Positions 44,370 through 53,915 of a stretch of DNA of 64,000 nucleotides are shown here, one piece after another. Under the pieces are notes generated by a model. That model was given only the letters and a program-made list of their open reading frames with translations. It did not search any database and had not been told where the DNA came from. The position numbers and the translations under genes were made by a program. Within the stretch, counting starts at the first letter, position 1. Each line of letters opens with the position of its first letter. The DNA is from an uncultured Phycisphaerales bacterium (GTDB lineage Bacteria; Planctomycetota; Phycisphaerae; Tepidisphaerales; Tepidisphaeraceae): assembly GCA_963758525.1 (NCBI GenBank), contig CAVWVQ010000003.1, positions 2,272,001 to 2,336,000 of the forward strand, read 5' to 3'.

Positions 44370-47300
44370 TCATACGTCAAAGTATTTCGCATGGGGGTGA
44401 TGAACGACCAGCGCGTCGGTCGACTGCTCCGGGACAAGCATGTAGTTTTCGCTCAGCGCGACGCCGATTGCATCGGGCCCAAGCAGTTCAACGATCTTGG
44501 ACCGCTGCTCCAGATCCGGGCAAGCGGGATAGCCGAAGCTATACCGGCTCCCGCGATATCCCTGCTGAAACAGCTTTCGGATCTCCGGCGCATCCTCGGA
44601 GGCGTAACCAAGCTCCTGCCGCATGCGCTTGTGCCAGAACTCCGCAAGCGCCTCGGCCGACTCCACCCCAAAGCCGTGAAGGTAGAGATAATCCTGATAC
44701 TGATTGGCGGCCCGAAGTTTCTCGGCGAGTTCGGTCGCTTTATCGCCGACAGTAACCAGTTGGAAGCCGACCACGTCAAACTGCCCGCTGGTCTGATCGC
44801 GGAAAAAGTCGGAAATGCACAGCCGCCGCCGGCCTTCCTGACGGGGGAATTGAAACCGCATCCACTCGCGCGGCTGGCCCGTTGGCTGCAATTGCCGCGA
44901 TCCGGCATGGCAGGTGCAACCATTGAATTCCTCCGTGTGATAGACGATCAGCTCATCCCCGGCCGATTGCACGGGGAAGTAGCCGTAGACCACCTTGGGC
45001 TCGATGAACCCTTCGTCCAGCGCCCGTCGCTGCAGATCCTCGAAAACCGGACGCGCCTTTTCCTCCGTCAGCTTGTCAAAGTCAGCCGGCGAGAGTTTGC
45101 CCTGATTGAATCCCCACTGGCCGCGAAAGAGCGCCACTTCGTTGATGTACGGAAAAATCACGCGGGGGGAGATATCCTTCGCCACGCGCCGACCCCAGAA
45201 CGGCGGGAGCGGAACCGGATTGTCTTTGGGCACCGGCTTCACATCAGCGGCATCGGCTGACTTGGGTTTCACCGCATTGGCCCGCAACGTCTTGCGCCGC
45301 TTGGCCCGCTCCTGCTGAATCGCCCGCGCCTGATCCACCCGGCCGGAGGAAATTTCATCCATCGCCGCAAGACCTTCGAAGGCGTCTTTGCAATAGAGCA
45401 GCGGGCCGCCATAGAGCGAGGCGAGATCGTCCTCGGCATAGTCCCGCGTTAATGCGGCGCCGCCCAACAGAACGGGAACTTTCATTCCCTTGGCATTGAG
45501 CTCTTCCAGATTTTCGCGCATCACGGCCACGCTCTTGACCAGCAGCCCTGACATGCCGATCGCATCTGCCTTGCGTTCTCCGTAGGCTTTGAGAATCTCT
45601 GTAATTGGCTGTTTGATCCCAAGGTTAAAGACGGTGTAACCGTTGTTGGTCAAAATGATGTCGACGAGGTTCTTGCCGATGTCATGCACGTCGCCCTTGA
45701 CCGTCGCGAGCACGATCTTCCCTTTGGACTGGCCTTCGATTCTTTCCATGAACTGCTCGAGATGAGCCACGGAAGCTTTCATGGTTTCGGCGCTTTGCAG
45801 CACGAACGGGAGCTGCATCTGTCCGCTGCCGAACAGGTCGCCGACGACTTTCATGCCTGCCAGCAGAATGTCGTTGATGATCTGCAACGGCGTGTAGGTA
45901 AGCCGGGCTTCGTCGAGATGCTTGATCAGATCGCGCTTTTCGCCATCAATGATGTGCTTCTTGAGCTTCTCCTCGATCGGGAGATTATCGTCGACCGGCT
46001 TGGCAGCCGCCGTCTCCGCGCCGACGTCCGGAAAGAGGCCAATGAAATGCGTGAGCGGGTCAAAGCCCTCGCGCCGCCGGTCGTAGATGAGATCGAGCGC
46101 GGCGTCCCATTGTTCCTGGGGAATCCGGTTTTTCGGAAGAATCTTCGAAGCATGAACGATCGCGCCGGTGAGGCCCGCCTCGCGCAGCTCGTGCAGGAAG
46201 GCGCTATTGAGCACGACGTGCGCAGCGGGCTTGAGCCCGAAGCTGACATTGGAAAGGCCGACGACGGTGTGACATTTGGGAAGTTCTCGCGAGATCCGCC
46301 GAGTGCCCTCGATGGTCTCCAGAGCGTTGCGACGATCCTCTTCGATGCCGGTGGAAATCGGCAGCACCAGCGGATCGAACATGATGTCTTCATCGCGCAG
46401 ACCGTATTTGTCGACCGCCAGGTCGCGAATGCGTCTGGCGATGGAGATCTTCCGCTCGGCGGTGCGGGCCATCGCGTTGAGCTTGTCCTCGTCGATAGTG
46501 CCGGCGACGATCGCGGCTCCGTATTTTTTGGTGATGGCGCACATCTGGGCGACGCGTTCCTCGCCATCCTCGAGGTTCATCGAGTTGATGATGCAGCGGC
46601 CGCCCGCGAGCTTCAGCCCCGCCTCGATCACGGCGGGATTCGTGCTGTCGAGCATGAAGGGAGCGGGGATCGCATTCGCATAACGACGGATCACCTCGGC
46701 CATGTCGCGCACGCCGTCGCGGCCGACGAAGTCCACGCAGACGTCCAGTGCGTGAGATCCTTCGCGCACTTCGTCCTTCGCCATCGAAACCAGACCGTCC
46801 CAATCGTCGGCCTGCAGCAAACGCTTAAACTGCCGCGAGCCGTTGGTGTTGGTTCGCTCGGCAACAATCAGGTAGCTGTTGTCCTGGCGGATATCGGAAG
46901 CGGAGACGATTGAAGAAATCTCCGGCTTGACGATGACGTTCCGCTTCGCAGGCTGCTTGTCGCGAACCGCGTCAACCAGCATCTTCAGATGCTCCGGCAT
47001 CGTCCCGCAGCATCCGCCAACGATATTGACGCCGAATTCCTCCACGAAGCGCAGCACGCCCTTGGTGAAGTCGGGCGGGGTCATCGGGAACTGGCTCTTC
47101 CCGTTCACCATGATCGGCAAGCCTGCGTTCGGCAGTGCGCTGACCAACCGCGGCCAGTTCGCGGCGATGTAACGCATAGTTTCGGTCAGTTCGTATGGGC
47201 CGAACGCGCAGTTGAGACCCAGGCAGTCGATCTCCGTGAACGGCACGAACGTCGCGACGAACGCGGACGGCTCCGAGCCGGTGAGCATGTTCTGGCCGTT

Positions 47301-47888
47301 GTTCAGGTCAAACGAGGCCTGCACCATGATGGGGAGCCGGACCTTCGCCTCGGCCATCGCGCGATTGGCCGCCGCCACCGCGCATTTGATCACCAGCATA
47401 TCCTGCTGCGTTTCGATCAGCAGCACGTCGGCGCCGCCGGCGATTAGTCCGCGCACCTGCTCGTGGTAGCTGTCTTCCATCACGTCCCAGGTGGTGTGCC
47501 CGAGCGTCAGAATTTTCGTGCCCGGCCCGATCGAGCCAATCACATATTTGGGGCGGGACGACGATTCAAACTTGTCGCACGCCCGCCGGGCGATTTCCGC
47601 CGCCGCCTTGTTGTTTTCATAGACGCGGTCTGCCATTTCCGCTTCGGCCAGCACGATCTTGTTGGCGCCGAAGGTATTGGTCTCGACCGCATCGCAACCG
47701 ACTTCGAGAAATGCCTCGTGGATTTCCTGAATCACATCCGGCCGGCTGAAATTGAGCACTTCGGAAATGTTTTCCTGCCCGAGCCAGTCGCGTTCGAGGT
47801 GCAGATCGCGGACTTGCAGATTGGACCCCATGGCGCCGTCGAGGACGACGACCCGTTGTTTGACAAGTTCGAGAAACGGAAGCCGCAC
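44370..47888 (-). CDS. metH: B12-dependent methionine synthase
   Basis: LDGAMG, GGCCGT, ATVKGDVHDIGKN, RYSFGYPACP. Confidence 0.98.
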   Translation of the reverse strand: MRLPFLELVKQRVVVLDGAMGSNLQVRDLHLERDWLGQENISEVLNFSRPDVIQEIHEAFLEVGCDAVETNTFGANKIVLAEAEMADRVYENNKAAAEIARRACDKFESSSRPKYVIGSIGPGTKILTLGHTTWDVMEDSYHEQVRGLIAGGADVLLIETQQDMLVIKCAVAAANRAMAEAKVRLPIMVQASFDLNNGQNMLTGSEPSAFVATFVPFTEIDCLGLNCAFGPYELTETMRYIAANWPRLVSALPNAGLPIMVNGKSQFPMTPPDFTKGVLRFVEEFGVNIVGGCCGTMPEHLKMLVDAVRDKQPAKRNVIVKPEISSIVSASDIRQDNSYLIVAERTNTNGSRQFKRLLQADDWDGLVSMAKDEVREGSHALDVCVDFVGRDGVRDMAEVIRRYANAIPAPFMLDSTNPAVIEAGLKLAGGRCIINSMNLEDGEERVAQMCAITKKYGAAIVAGTIDEDKLNAMARTAERKISIARRIRDLAVDKYGLRDEDIMFDPLVLPISTGIEEDRRNALETIEGTRRISRELPKCHTVVGLSNVSFGLKPAAHVVLNSAFLHELREAGLTGAIVHASKILPKNRIPQEQWDAALDLIYDRRREGFDPLTHFIGLFPDVGAETAAAKPVDDNLPIEEKLKKHIIDGEKRDLIKHLDEARLTYTPLQIINDILLAGMKVVGDLFGSGQMQLPFVLQSAETMKASVAHLEQFMERIEGQSKGKIVLATVKGDVHDIGKNLVDIILTNNGYTVFNLGIKQPITEILKAYGERKADAIGMSGLLVKSVAVMRENLEELNAKGMKVPVLLGGAALTRDYAEDDLASLYGGPLLYCKDAFEGLAAMDEISSGRVDQARAIQQERAKRRKTLRANAVKPKSADAADVKPVPKDNPVPLPPFWGRRVAKDISPRVIFPYINEVALFRGQWGFNQGKLSPADFDKLTEEKARPVFEDLQRRALDEGFIEPKVVYGYFPVQSAGDELIVYHTEEFNGCTCHAGSRQLQPTGQPREWMRFQFPRQEGRRRLCISDFFRDQTSGQFDVVGFQLVTVGDKATELAEKLRAANQYQDYLYLHGFGVESAEALAEFWHKRMRQELGYASEDAPEIRKLFQQGYRGSRYSFGYPACPDLEQRSKIVELLGPDAIGVALSENYMLVPEQSTDALVVHHPHAKYFDV

Positions 47889-48149
47889 GAAATATGCCTT
47901 TCTGAACGCGTAAGCAGACCCGCGTATCTTATGTCGGTAGAAGCGCTGGTGAAAGCTGCGTCCGAGCGCGCTGGTTCTTAAGCCTAGGTTTTTTTTCGCG
48001 AACGCCCTGCGGGGTTCTGGCGGACCTATGATCGCCGCGATTTCCCGCGACGCCGTTTTCGCGTGGACTCAGCACAGGATAGCAGTTTTTATTGGAGCCA
48101 TCATCTCTCGGAGGCTGTCAGACGCAAAACCATCGGTTAGGATGCCGCC

Positions 48150-48716
48150 ATGCCTCACATTCCCAATCAAACCCTTGAAGTGATCGTGTACGCCTGTGCC
48201 GGCGTGTTGCTCTTGTTTATCGGCTACCGCGTCGGGCAGTGGTTCGGCGACCGCTCGGCGGCAAAACTGGTCAGTCAGAAGGAGCAGGATCTCTTTACCG
48301 CCCAGAAAGGGTTCAAGACGCTCTACGAGCAGGAACTCAGCGTTGCCAAGGCCGAAAATGAATCTCTCAAGCAGCAGGTCGCAACCTTGACGACGCGCGT
48401 CGAAGAATATCGCAAAAAGGCGGCCGGCTTTGGCGGGCTCTTTAATTCCGGAAGCAAGAAGTCGGACGCGATGTACGCCCTGCTGATGGAGAACGAGGCG
48501 CTGGAAGAGGCGCTGCACTCGCAAAACGAGAAGCTCAAGCAGGAACGCACGGACGCACTGAAGGAAACCATGCGCTCGACCGGATACCGCCGGGTGCTGA
48601 TGAGCCAGCTCATGAGCGACGACCGGATCAAATCGTATGTGGCGGAAATCATGAGGGACGACAAACGTCTGCCCGCCCCGTCGGCTCCGGCACAAGGGGA
48701 GATTCATGATTCTTGA
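48150..48716 (+). CDS. Membrane-anchored coiled-coil hypothetical protein
   Basis: N-terminal TM helix, heptad-rich remainder. Confidence 0.8.
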   Translation: MPHIPNQTLEVIVYACAGVLLLFIGYRVGQWFGDRSAAKLVSQKEQDLFTAQKGFKTLYEQELSVAKAENESLKQQVATLTTRVEEYRKKAAGFGGLFNSGSKKSDAMYALLMENEALEEALHSQNEKLKQERTDALKETMRSTGYRRVLMSQLMSDDRIKSYVAEIMRDDKRLPAPSAPAQGEIHDS

Positions 48717-49581
48717 GCCGCCGATTTTCGCGCCACGCCAGATCTCGTTCGTTTCCAACCCAACCGGGGACGGTAATTACAACAGCACTGTTCGCAGCGA
48801 GGAACTGAACCTCAGCACCCGCGGACAATGGGAGCTTTTTCGATCCCATCGCGACCAGATCGAGCAGTTGATCCTCCGGCACCTTCCGCAACAGCATCCG
48901 CTGCTGCTCGAATCGCCAGCCACGCGCTTGTGCGCGCTGGGAGCCGGCAACTGCAACGATCTGGATCTGCGATTTCTTCGCGACCGGGTCGGCGAGCTTC
49001 ACCTGCTCGACATCGATGCCGCCGCCCTCAAGGCAGCCGCGGTTCGGCAGCGGACCGCCGACGCACCCAATGTGTTTCGCCATGCACCGATCGATCTCAC
49101 GGCCGATGCGCGGCTGTGCGAGCGGATCGGACGGTTCGATATCGTGCTTTCTTCCTGTGTGCTGTCGCAGCTCATCGCCGGCGTGCGAAGCCGGTTGGGC
49201 GCCGGTCATCTGCGATTTGCCCAGGAGCGGGCGGCCACGATCGCCCATCACCTGCGGCTCATGCTGGACCTTCTTGCCCCCGGCGGGCGGGCAATCCTCA
49301 TCAATGATGTTGTTTCGAGCGACACGCTGCCGCAACTCCGGCAAGTCCCTCCCGACCACTTGCCCGGCCTGATGCGTACGCTCGTCGCCGAGGGCAAAAC
49401 CTTCCGCGGACTGGACCCGGCCGCAATGTCGACCGCAATCGATCAACTTCCGTTTGCCGTCAGCCGGCAGCAATTTCCGCCATGGCTGTGGCATTTAAGC
49501 GCTCTGCGCAGCTATTTGGTGTATGGAATCGTTTTCAGCGTTCAGCAAGGAGCCAGGCGAAGAGTCTGCTCACAACTCTGA
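48706..49581 (+). CDS. Class I SAM-methyltransferase-like hypothetical protein
   Basis: ALGAGNCNDLD, LLDID, FDIVLSSCVLSQL. Confidence 0.75.
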   Translation: MILEPPIFAPRQISFVSNPTGDGNYNSTVRSEELNLSTRGQWELFRSHRDQIEQLILRHLPQQHPLLLESPATRLCALGAGNCNDLDLRFLRDRVGELHLLDIDAAALKAAAVRQRTADAPNVFRHAPIDLTADARLCERIGRFDIVLSSCVLSQLIAGVRSRLGAGHLRFAQERAATIAHHLRLMLDLLAPGGRAILINDVVSSDTLPQLRQVPPDHLPGLMRTLVAEGKTFRGLDPAAMSTAIDQLPFAVSRQQFPPWLWHLSALRSYLVYGIVFSVQQGARRRVCSQL

Positions 49582-49615
49582 ACCCCAAACCCTGAACCCT
49601 GACCCCTGAACCCTG
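49580..49615. repeat. Heptamer tandem repeat (ACCCTGA-type), about 5 units
   Basis: GAACCCCAAACCCTGAACCCTGACCCCTGAACCCTG. Confidence 0.85.
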
Positions 49616-49619
49616 TCTC

Positions 49620-50110
49620 ATGCTTATCGGAATTCTCAGCGACACGCACGATCACGTCGAAATCACGACTGCTGCCGTCGCGCTGCTTCAGAAGCGCGGC
49701 GCTGAATACTTCATCCACTGCGGCGACGTCGGAAGCGAGAAGGTTCTGGATCAACTCGCGGGGCTGAAAGCGGCTTTTGTCTTCGGCAACACCGACTGGA
49801 ACCGGGACGAACTTGAACGGTACGCCGGCATGATCGGGGTCGGTTGCCACGGCGTCTTCGCCGACCTCGAATTGGCGGGAAAGCGCGTCGCGGTTCTGCA
49901 TGGGGACGATGACCTGCTTCGCCAGCGGCTTTTATCGGCGCAGCGCCACGACTATCTGCTGCACGGCCATACTCACGTCCGCCTCGATGACCGAGTCGGC
50001 CGAACACGCATCATCAATCCGGGGCGCTTCACCGCGCTCGCCAAAAGACGGTTGCGCTGCTCGACACGGTAACGGATCAACTGACATTTTTCGAAGTCGC
50101 TCATCGGTGA
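49620..50110 (+). CDS. YfcE/MJ0936-family metallophosphoesterase; frameshift near 50021
   Basis: SDTH, HCGD, GNTD, HGHTH, NPG; the tail ALHRARQKTVALLD is in another frame. Confidence 0.9.
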
Positions 50111-50278
50111 CGCCCGGAATCAGGATATCGACGAGCGGCTTGTCGCCGCTCGATTGCTCAACCGGCGGGCGCCCACACGGAGCCTGATATAATCTGTTAC
50201 GGCCGCGAGTGAGGCAGACATATGCCTATAGAATTGAACAAAGAGCAGCAGGAGCAACTCGACCGCGATACGCGGAGG

Positions 50279-50315
50279 TTGACACTGGCATGAGAGCGTA
50301 ATTACAATGTGATTA
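50279..50315 (+). promoter_or_regulatory. mazEF promoter with palindromic operator
   Basis: TTGACA-18-TACAAT; TAATTACA-A-TGTGATTA imperfect palindrome over -10. Confidence 0.7.
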
Positions 50316-50632
50316 TGAAATCCGCGAAAAGGCCCGCAAAACCGATGCTTTCAGCGAAGAAGCACGTGAAGGGGAAACTGGTGCAAATCGGCAATTCGCG
50401 GGGTGTCCGGCTTCCCAAGGCGGTGATCGAACAAGCCGGCCTTGCCACGGACGTTGAGATCGCCGTACGCGATAATCAGATTATCATTCGTTCCGCCAGC
50501 GAGAACGCGCCGCGAGCCGGCTGGGAGGAGCAGATCAAACGGACATTGTCGGAACACGGAGAGGATGTGGACGATGAGTGGCTCAACGCGCCGCTGGCGG
50601 GCAAGTTCGATGAAAAGGAGTGGACGTGGTAG
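50315..50632 (+). CDS. mazE: AbrB/MazE antitoxin
   Basis: QIGNSRGVRLPK; ends EWTW. Confidence 0.9.
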   Translation: MKSAKRPAKPMLSAKKHVKGKLVQIGNSRGVRLPKAVIEQAGLATDVEIAVRDNQIIIRSASENAPRAGWEEQIKRTLSEHGEDVDDEWLNAPLAGKFDEKEWTW

Positions 50633-50946
50633 CGGATCGCTTCGCCGTTTATCTCGTCCCGCTCGCTCCGACAACAGGCAGCGAGATGGCGAAGACGAGG
50701 CCATGCGTGGTGGTTTCGCCCGACGTGATGAATCATCTGGTTCGTACGGTGATCGTCGCGCCGCTTACTTCCACTATCCGCCATTTCCCGTATCGGGTGA
50801 GTTGCAAGTTTGCGGGAAGACAGGGTCAAATCGCTTTGGATCACATTCGATCAATCGACAAATCGCGACTCGCCAAGCGCCTGGGAAATCTCGATGCCGC
50901 TGCGGCGGCCCGCGTCTCCGCGACGCTCGTGGAAATGTTTCGCTGA
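50620..50946 (+). CDS. mazF: PemK/MazF toxin
   Basis: GSEMAKTRPCVVVS, APLTS, IRSIDKSRL. Confidence 0.92.
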   Translation: MDVVADRFAVYLVPLAPTTGSEMAKTRPCVVVSPDVMNHLVRTVIVAPLTSTIRHFPYRVSCKFAGRQGQIALDHIRSIDKSRLAKRLGNLDAAAAARVSATLVEMFR

Positions 50947-50993
50947 GAGGCTTACTGTCAGCGCCACTCGTTCATTTTCGGATGAGAGAGCGC

Positions 50994-51301
50994 TCAAAAC
51001 AACTTCTCTTCGGTCCCATCCGGACCGAAAAAAATAGCGTCCGGCCGCTTCCCATACTTTGCGTCCAAGGTCTCTTCCAATCGAGACATCAGTTCTGCAA
51101 ATCGGATGTCGTCGTATTCCTGTCCGGTGAGCACCAGAAGCGGCTTTACGTATTCTTGTCCGCACCGAGGTGTTCCCTTGTCGTCGCCGGGTTCCACGAT
51201 GAACATGGCGCGCATGACCGAACCGTCCGGATCGACCGAGGCGGGAGAAATTCCCATCCTGAGCCGACGTAATCAATATGAGGCGGCACGCCCGGCCGCA
51301 T
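50994..51301 (-). CDS. Hypothetical protein, probable frameshift near 51240
   Basis: HIDYVGSGWEFLP continues as ASVDPDGSVMRAMFIVEP in another frame. Confidence 0.5.
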
Positions 51302-51406
51302 TGGAGCAAACGGCGCGGTATTGGTTTGTGAGCGTGCGTTCCGATGGATCAATGGAACTGATAGCTGAACGCGGCCCGAGTCGACCGGTAGAATAGACGG
51401 CGATAG

Positions 51407-51652
51407 ATGATCGGCAATTCGACAGATTATCAGAAAGCGCAGGATGAACTGCGGAGGCTCGAAGAACGGCTACTGCGGCTTCAACAAACTCACCCAATTC
51501 ACACCGGACATGTGGCATTCGGGAAAATCCCGCTCAAAGATAAAGTTTGAGCCAAGACCTTCGATGTTGAGGAAGAAGGCCTGCTGAAAGAGGTCCGCGA
51601 CTTGCTAAAGACGATTCGCAAAAGGGATATCGAAAAGCTGTTTGATATATAG
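51407..51652 (+). pseudogene. Fused fragments of small genes
   Basis: MIGNSTDYQKAQDELRRLEERLLRLQQTHP..., stop at 51548-51550, then in-frame AKTFDVEEEGLLKEVRDLLK. Confidence 0.4.
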
Positions 51653-51670
51653 GTCAGCAAGGAGACCCGC

Positions 51671-52297
51671 ATGGCCACCTGCATAGAACACGAACCCCTG
51701 AATCCGCGCGAGAATTTCGGCTTCTTCTCCCCGACCGCCGCCCGCCTCCGCGTACAGCGCGACGGCGGGAACATCATCCGCAGCGCCGGCATCCCGAAAC
51801 CCGTCGTGCTGGTAGACACCCGCGAACAACTCCCTCTGCCTTTATTCGCCAATCATCGCAACTGGATCGCCGGCGAGCGGCGGGTTGCCCTCAAGACGGG
51901 GGACTACTCAATTGAAGGCATGGAAAATCTGCTCGCGTTGGAACGCAAGAGTCTGGCCGACATGGTCGACTGCACCGTCACGAGTCGCCAGCGGTTTCTG
52001 CTCTGTTGCTCACGGCTGGCGACTTTTCGCTGGAAAGCCATCCTCATCGAGGCTTCGTACGAAGACATCAAGCGTGGCTGGGACACGGATGAAATCCAAT
52101 CCGATGTCCATCCCAACGCCGTCTGCGGACTGCTGGACGCCATTGAGGCCAAGTTTGGCATTCCCATCCTCCTCACCTCCCGGCATCGGGATCTGGCGAC
52201 CGAGCGTGCCGCCAGCTGGCTTTCCAAGCACTTCACATATTGGTGGCTGGAGCAGAATGGATATGGGCGAATTCTGATCGATACTGACAGGCTTTAA
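51671..52297 (+). CDS. ERCC4/XPF-domain nuclease
   Basis: VDTREQ, LKTGDY, ERKS. Confidence 0.9.
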   Translation: MATCIEHEPLNPRENFGFFSPTAARLRVQRDGGNIIRSAGIPKPVVLVDTREQLPLPLFANHRNWIAGERRVALKTGDYSIEGMENLLALERKSLADMVDCTVTSRQRFLLCCSRLATFRWKAILIEASYEDIKRGWDTDEIQSDVHPNAVCGLLDAIEAKFGIPILLTSRHRDLATERAASWLSKHFTYWWLEQNGYGRILIDTDRL

Positions 52298-52503
52298 GTT
52301 ATTTCAAAAGTGCCACGAAGCCGGCTTGTTCGGAATGGTGATCGCCAGTCAGAGCTTCGACGAGCCCCGCTGCCGCATAACCACGAATGAAATGCACCAC
52401 AAGGGCTTGCCTGGAACTTCGCGCACGCCCCGCTCGCCAAATGGCGAAAAAGGCTTGTTCGCTCAGATAGCTTCGAGTACGGTCCGGAGGCAAAATGCCT
52501 GCT

Positions 52504-53157
52504 ATGAAGATATGGCTCCCTACGATTGTCGCATTCTATTCGCTTGCAATCGCAAGCGATCCGCTCTTTGCACAAGCAACACAGCCCACGACGCAGCCAA
52601 GCGGCAGCGTAACCGGCACAATCAAATTGCCGGCAGGAGCCGTCACATCCCAAATCGTCATCTACCTTTCGCCCGGCGAACATCAGTCAATCGCGGCACC
52701 GGCGCAGGCGGTGAAGGTGTCACAGAAGGGCGCGACATTCAGCCCCGCGCTCGTTGTGGTTTGCGTGGGTCAAACCGTCGATTTCGTGAACGACGAAAAC
52801 CGGCTGATCGAGCACAATGTTTTTTCGAATTCCCCCGCCAGGCAGTTTGACCTTGGCCTGTACAAGCCGGGAGATTTCCGCTCCGTGACGTTCGACAAGC
52901 CGGGCGCGGTGCTGGTGTATTGTTCAGTTCATCGCCAGATGGACGGCGCGATTTATGTAGCGCCTACTCCTTATTTCTGCGTCGTCGCGCGGGATGGCAA
53001 CGGAGGAGATCCGAAGTACCAGATCAACAGCGTGCCGGATGGGCGATGGGTCGTCGCGACCTGGCAACGGCGGCGGCGATTTCACGAGGCGCAAGCCGCC
53101 GTCGTGGTGGAAGCTGGAAAACGGTGTGAGCAGGATCTGCAACTGGACGAAAAATGA
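52504..53157 (+). CDS. Secreted cupredoxin-like / carboxypeptidase-regulatory-like protein
   Basis: Signal peptide, FSP..V, HNVFS, FDLGLY, YCSVHRQM. Confidence 0.82.
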   Translation: MKIWLPTIVAFYSLAIASDPLFAQATQPTTQPSGSVTGTIKLPAGAVTSQIVIYLSPGEHQSIAAPAQAVKVSQKGATFSPALVVVCVGQTVDFVNDENRLIEHNVFSNSPARQFDLGLYKPGDFRSVTFDKPGAVLVYCSVHRQMDGAIYVAPTPYFCVVARDGNGGDPKYQINSVPDGRWVVATWQRRRRFHEAQAAVVVEAGKRCEQDLQLDEK

Positions 53158-53888
53158 GCGTACCTCGAACGCTGCTGAGCCTTGCCTTGATCGCAGCCGG
53201 TTGCACTTCGAATCGGCCCGGCGACACGGCGGCTTCGGGTCCGCCAACCGCGGTGCTGCGATTGCAAGTCGTCGCGGAGCCCAAGAGCGGGCTGCCTCCT
53301 GAAGCGGCCGAGGCGATAGAATCAGATGATCCGCCGGTCACTCCGGGAATGGAAGTGTTAAACTATGCCAGGCTCCCGGGCATCGTGGTCTGGCTGGAAC
53401 CGGCGAACTTCATTGCGACAAGCTCTTCGGGGGCCATCACTTCCTCGATCGATGTCGATCCCCGGCGCGCTGCCCGTGGGGTGGCCGCGGCCGTCAGTGT
53501 CGGGCAGCGAATCGTGCTGCACAACACGAGCGGCGATCCCGCGGATTTTTACAGCGTTTCTGATGGGAATGATTTTGACCTCGGGCGGATCGCGCCCGGC
53601 GCCAGTGCCTCGTACACCGTCAAATCCGCGGGCCTGATCGACGTGCTGACCGATTCGGTGGGCGAACCGGTGGCGCGTGTTTATGCAGCTCCCTCGCCGT
53701 GGGTTCGGCTCACGACATCCGGCAAGACCATCCAGTTCGAGGGACTGATACCCGGCCGATATATCGTCGGCACCTGGCATCCTCGGTTGCCCGGACGCCG
53801 GTTCCCCGTTGTCCTCACCGCCGATCAGGTCACGATTGCCACGGCGAAAGTCGGCGTGAACGACTTGCCGAAGATTTCATCCCGTTGA
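53154..53888 (+). CDS. Lipoprotein paralog of the cupredoxin-like protein
   Basis: Lipobox AAGC, FDLGRI, WHPRLP. Confidence 0.75.
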   Translation: MSVPRTLLSLALIAAGCTSNRPGDTAASGPPTAVLRLQVVAEPKSGLPPEAAEAIESDDPPVTPGMEVLNYARLPGIVVWLEPANFIATSSSGAITSSIDVDPRRAARGVAAAVSVGQRIVLHNTSGDPADFYSVSDGNDFDLGRIAPGASASYTVKSAGLIDVLTDSVGEPVARVYAAPSPWVRLTTSGKTIQFEGLIPGRYIVGTWHPRLPGRRFPVVLTADQVTIATAKVGVNDLPKISSR

Positions 53889-53915
53889 ATCCCTCCGTCG
53901 GGGAACGCTCTCATC

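Noticed and set aside
48095..48150. GACGCAAAACC resembling part of a c-di-GMP-I riboswitch
   Set aside because: The upstream GGCAAA/GNRA stem and the closing stem are absent
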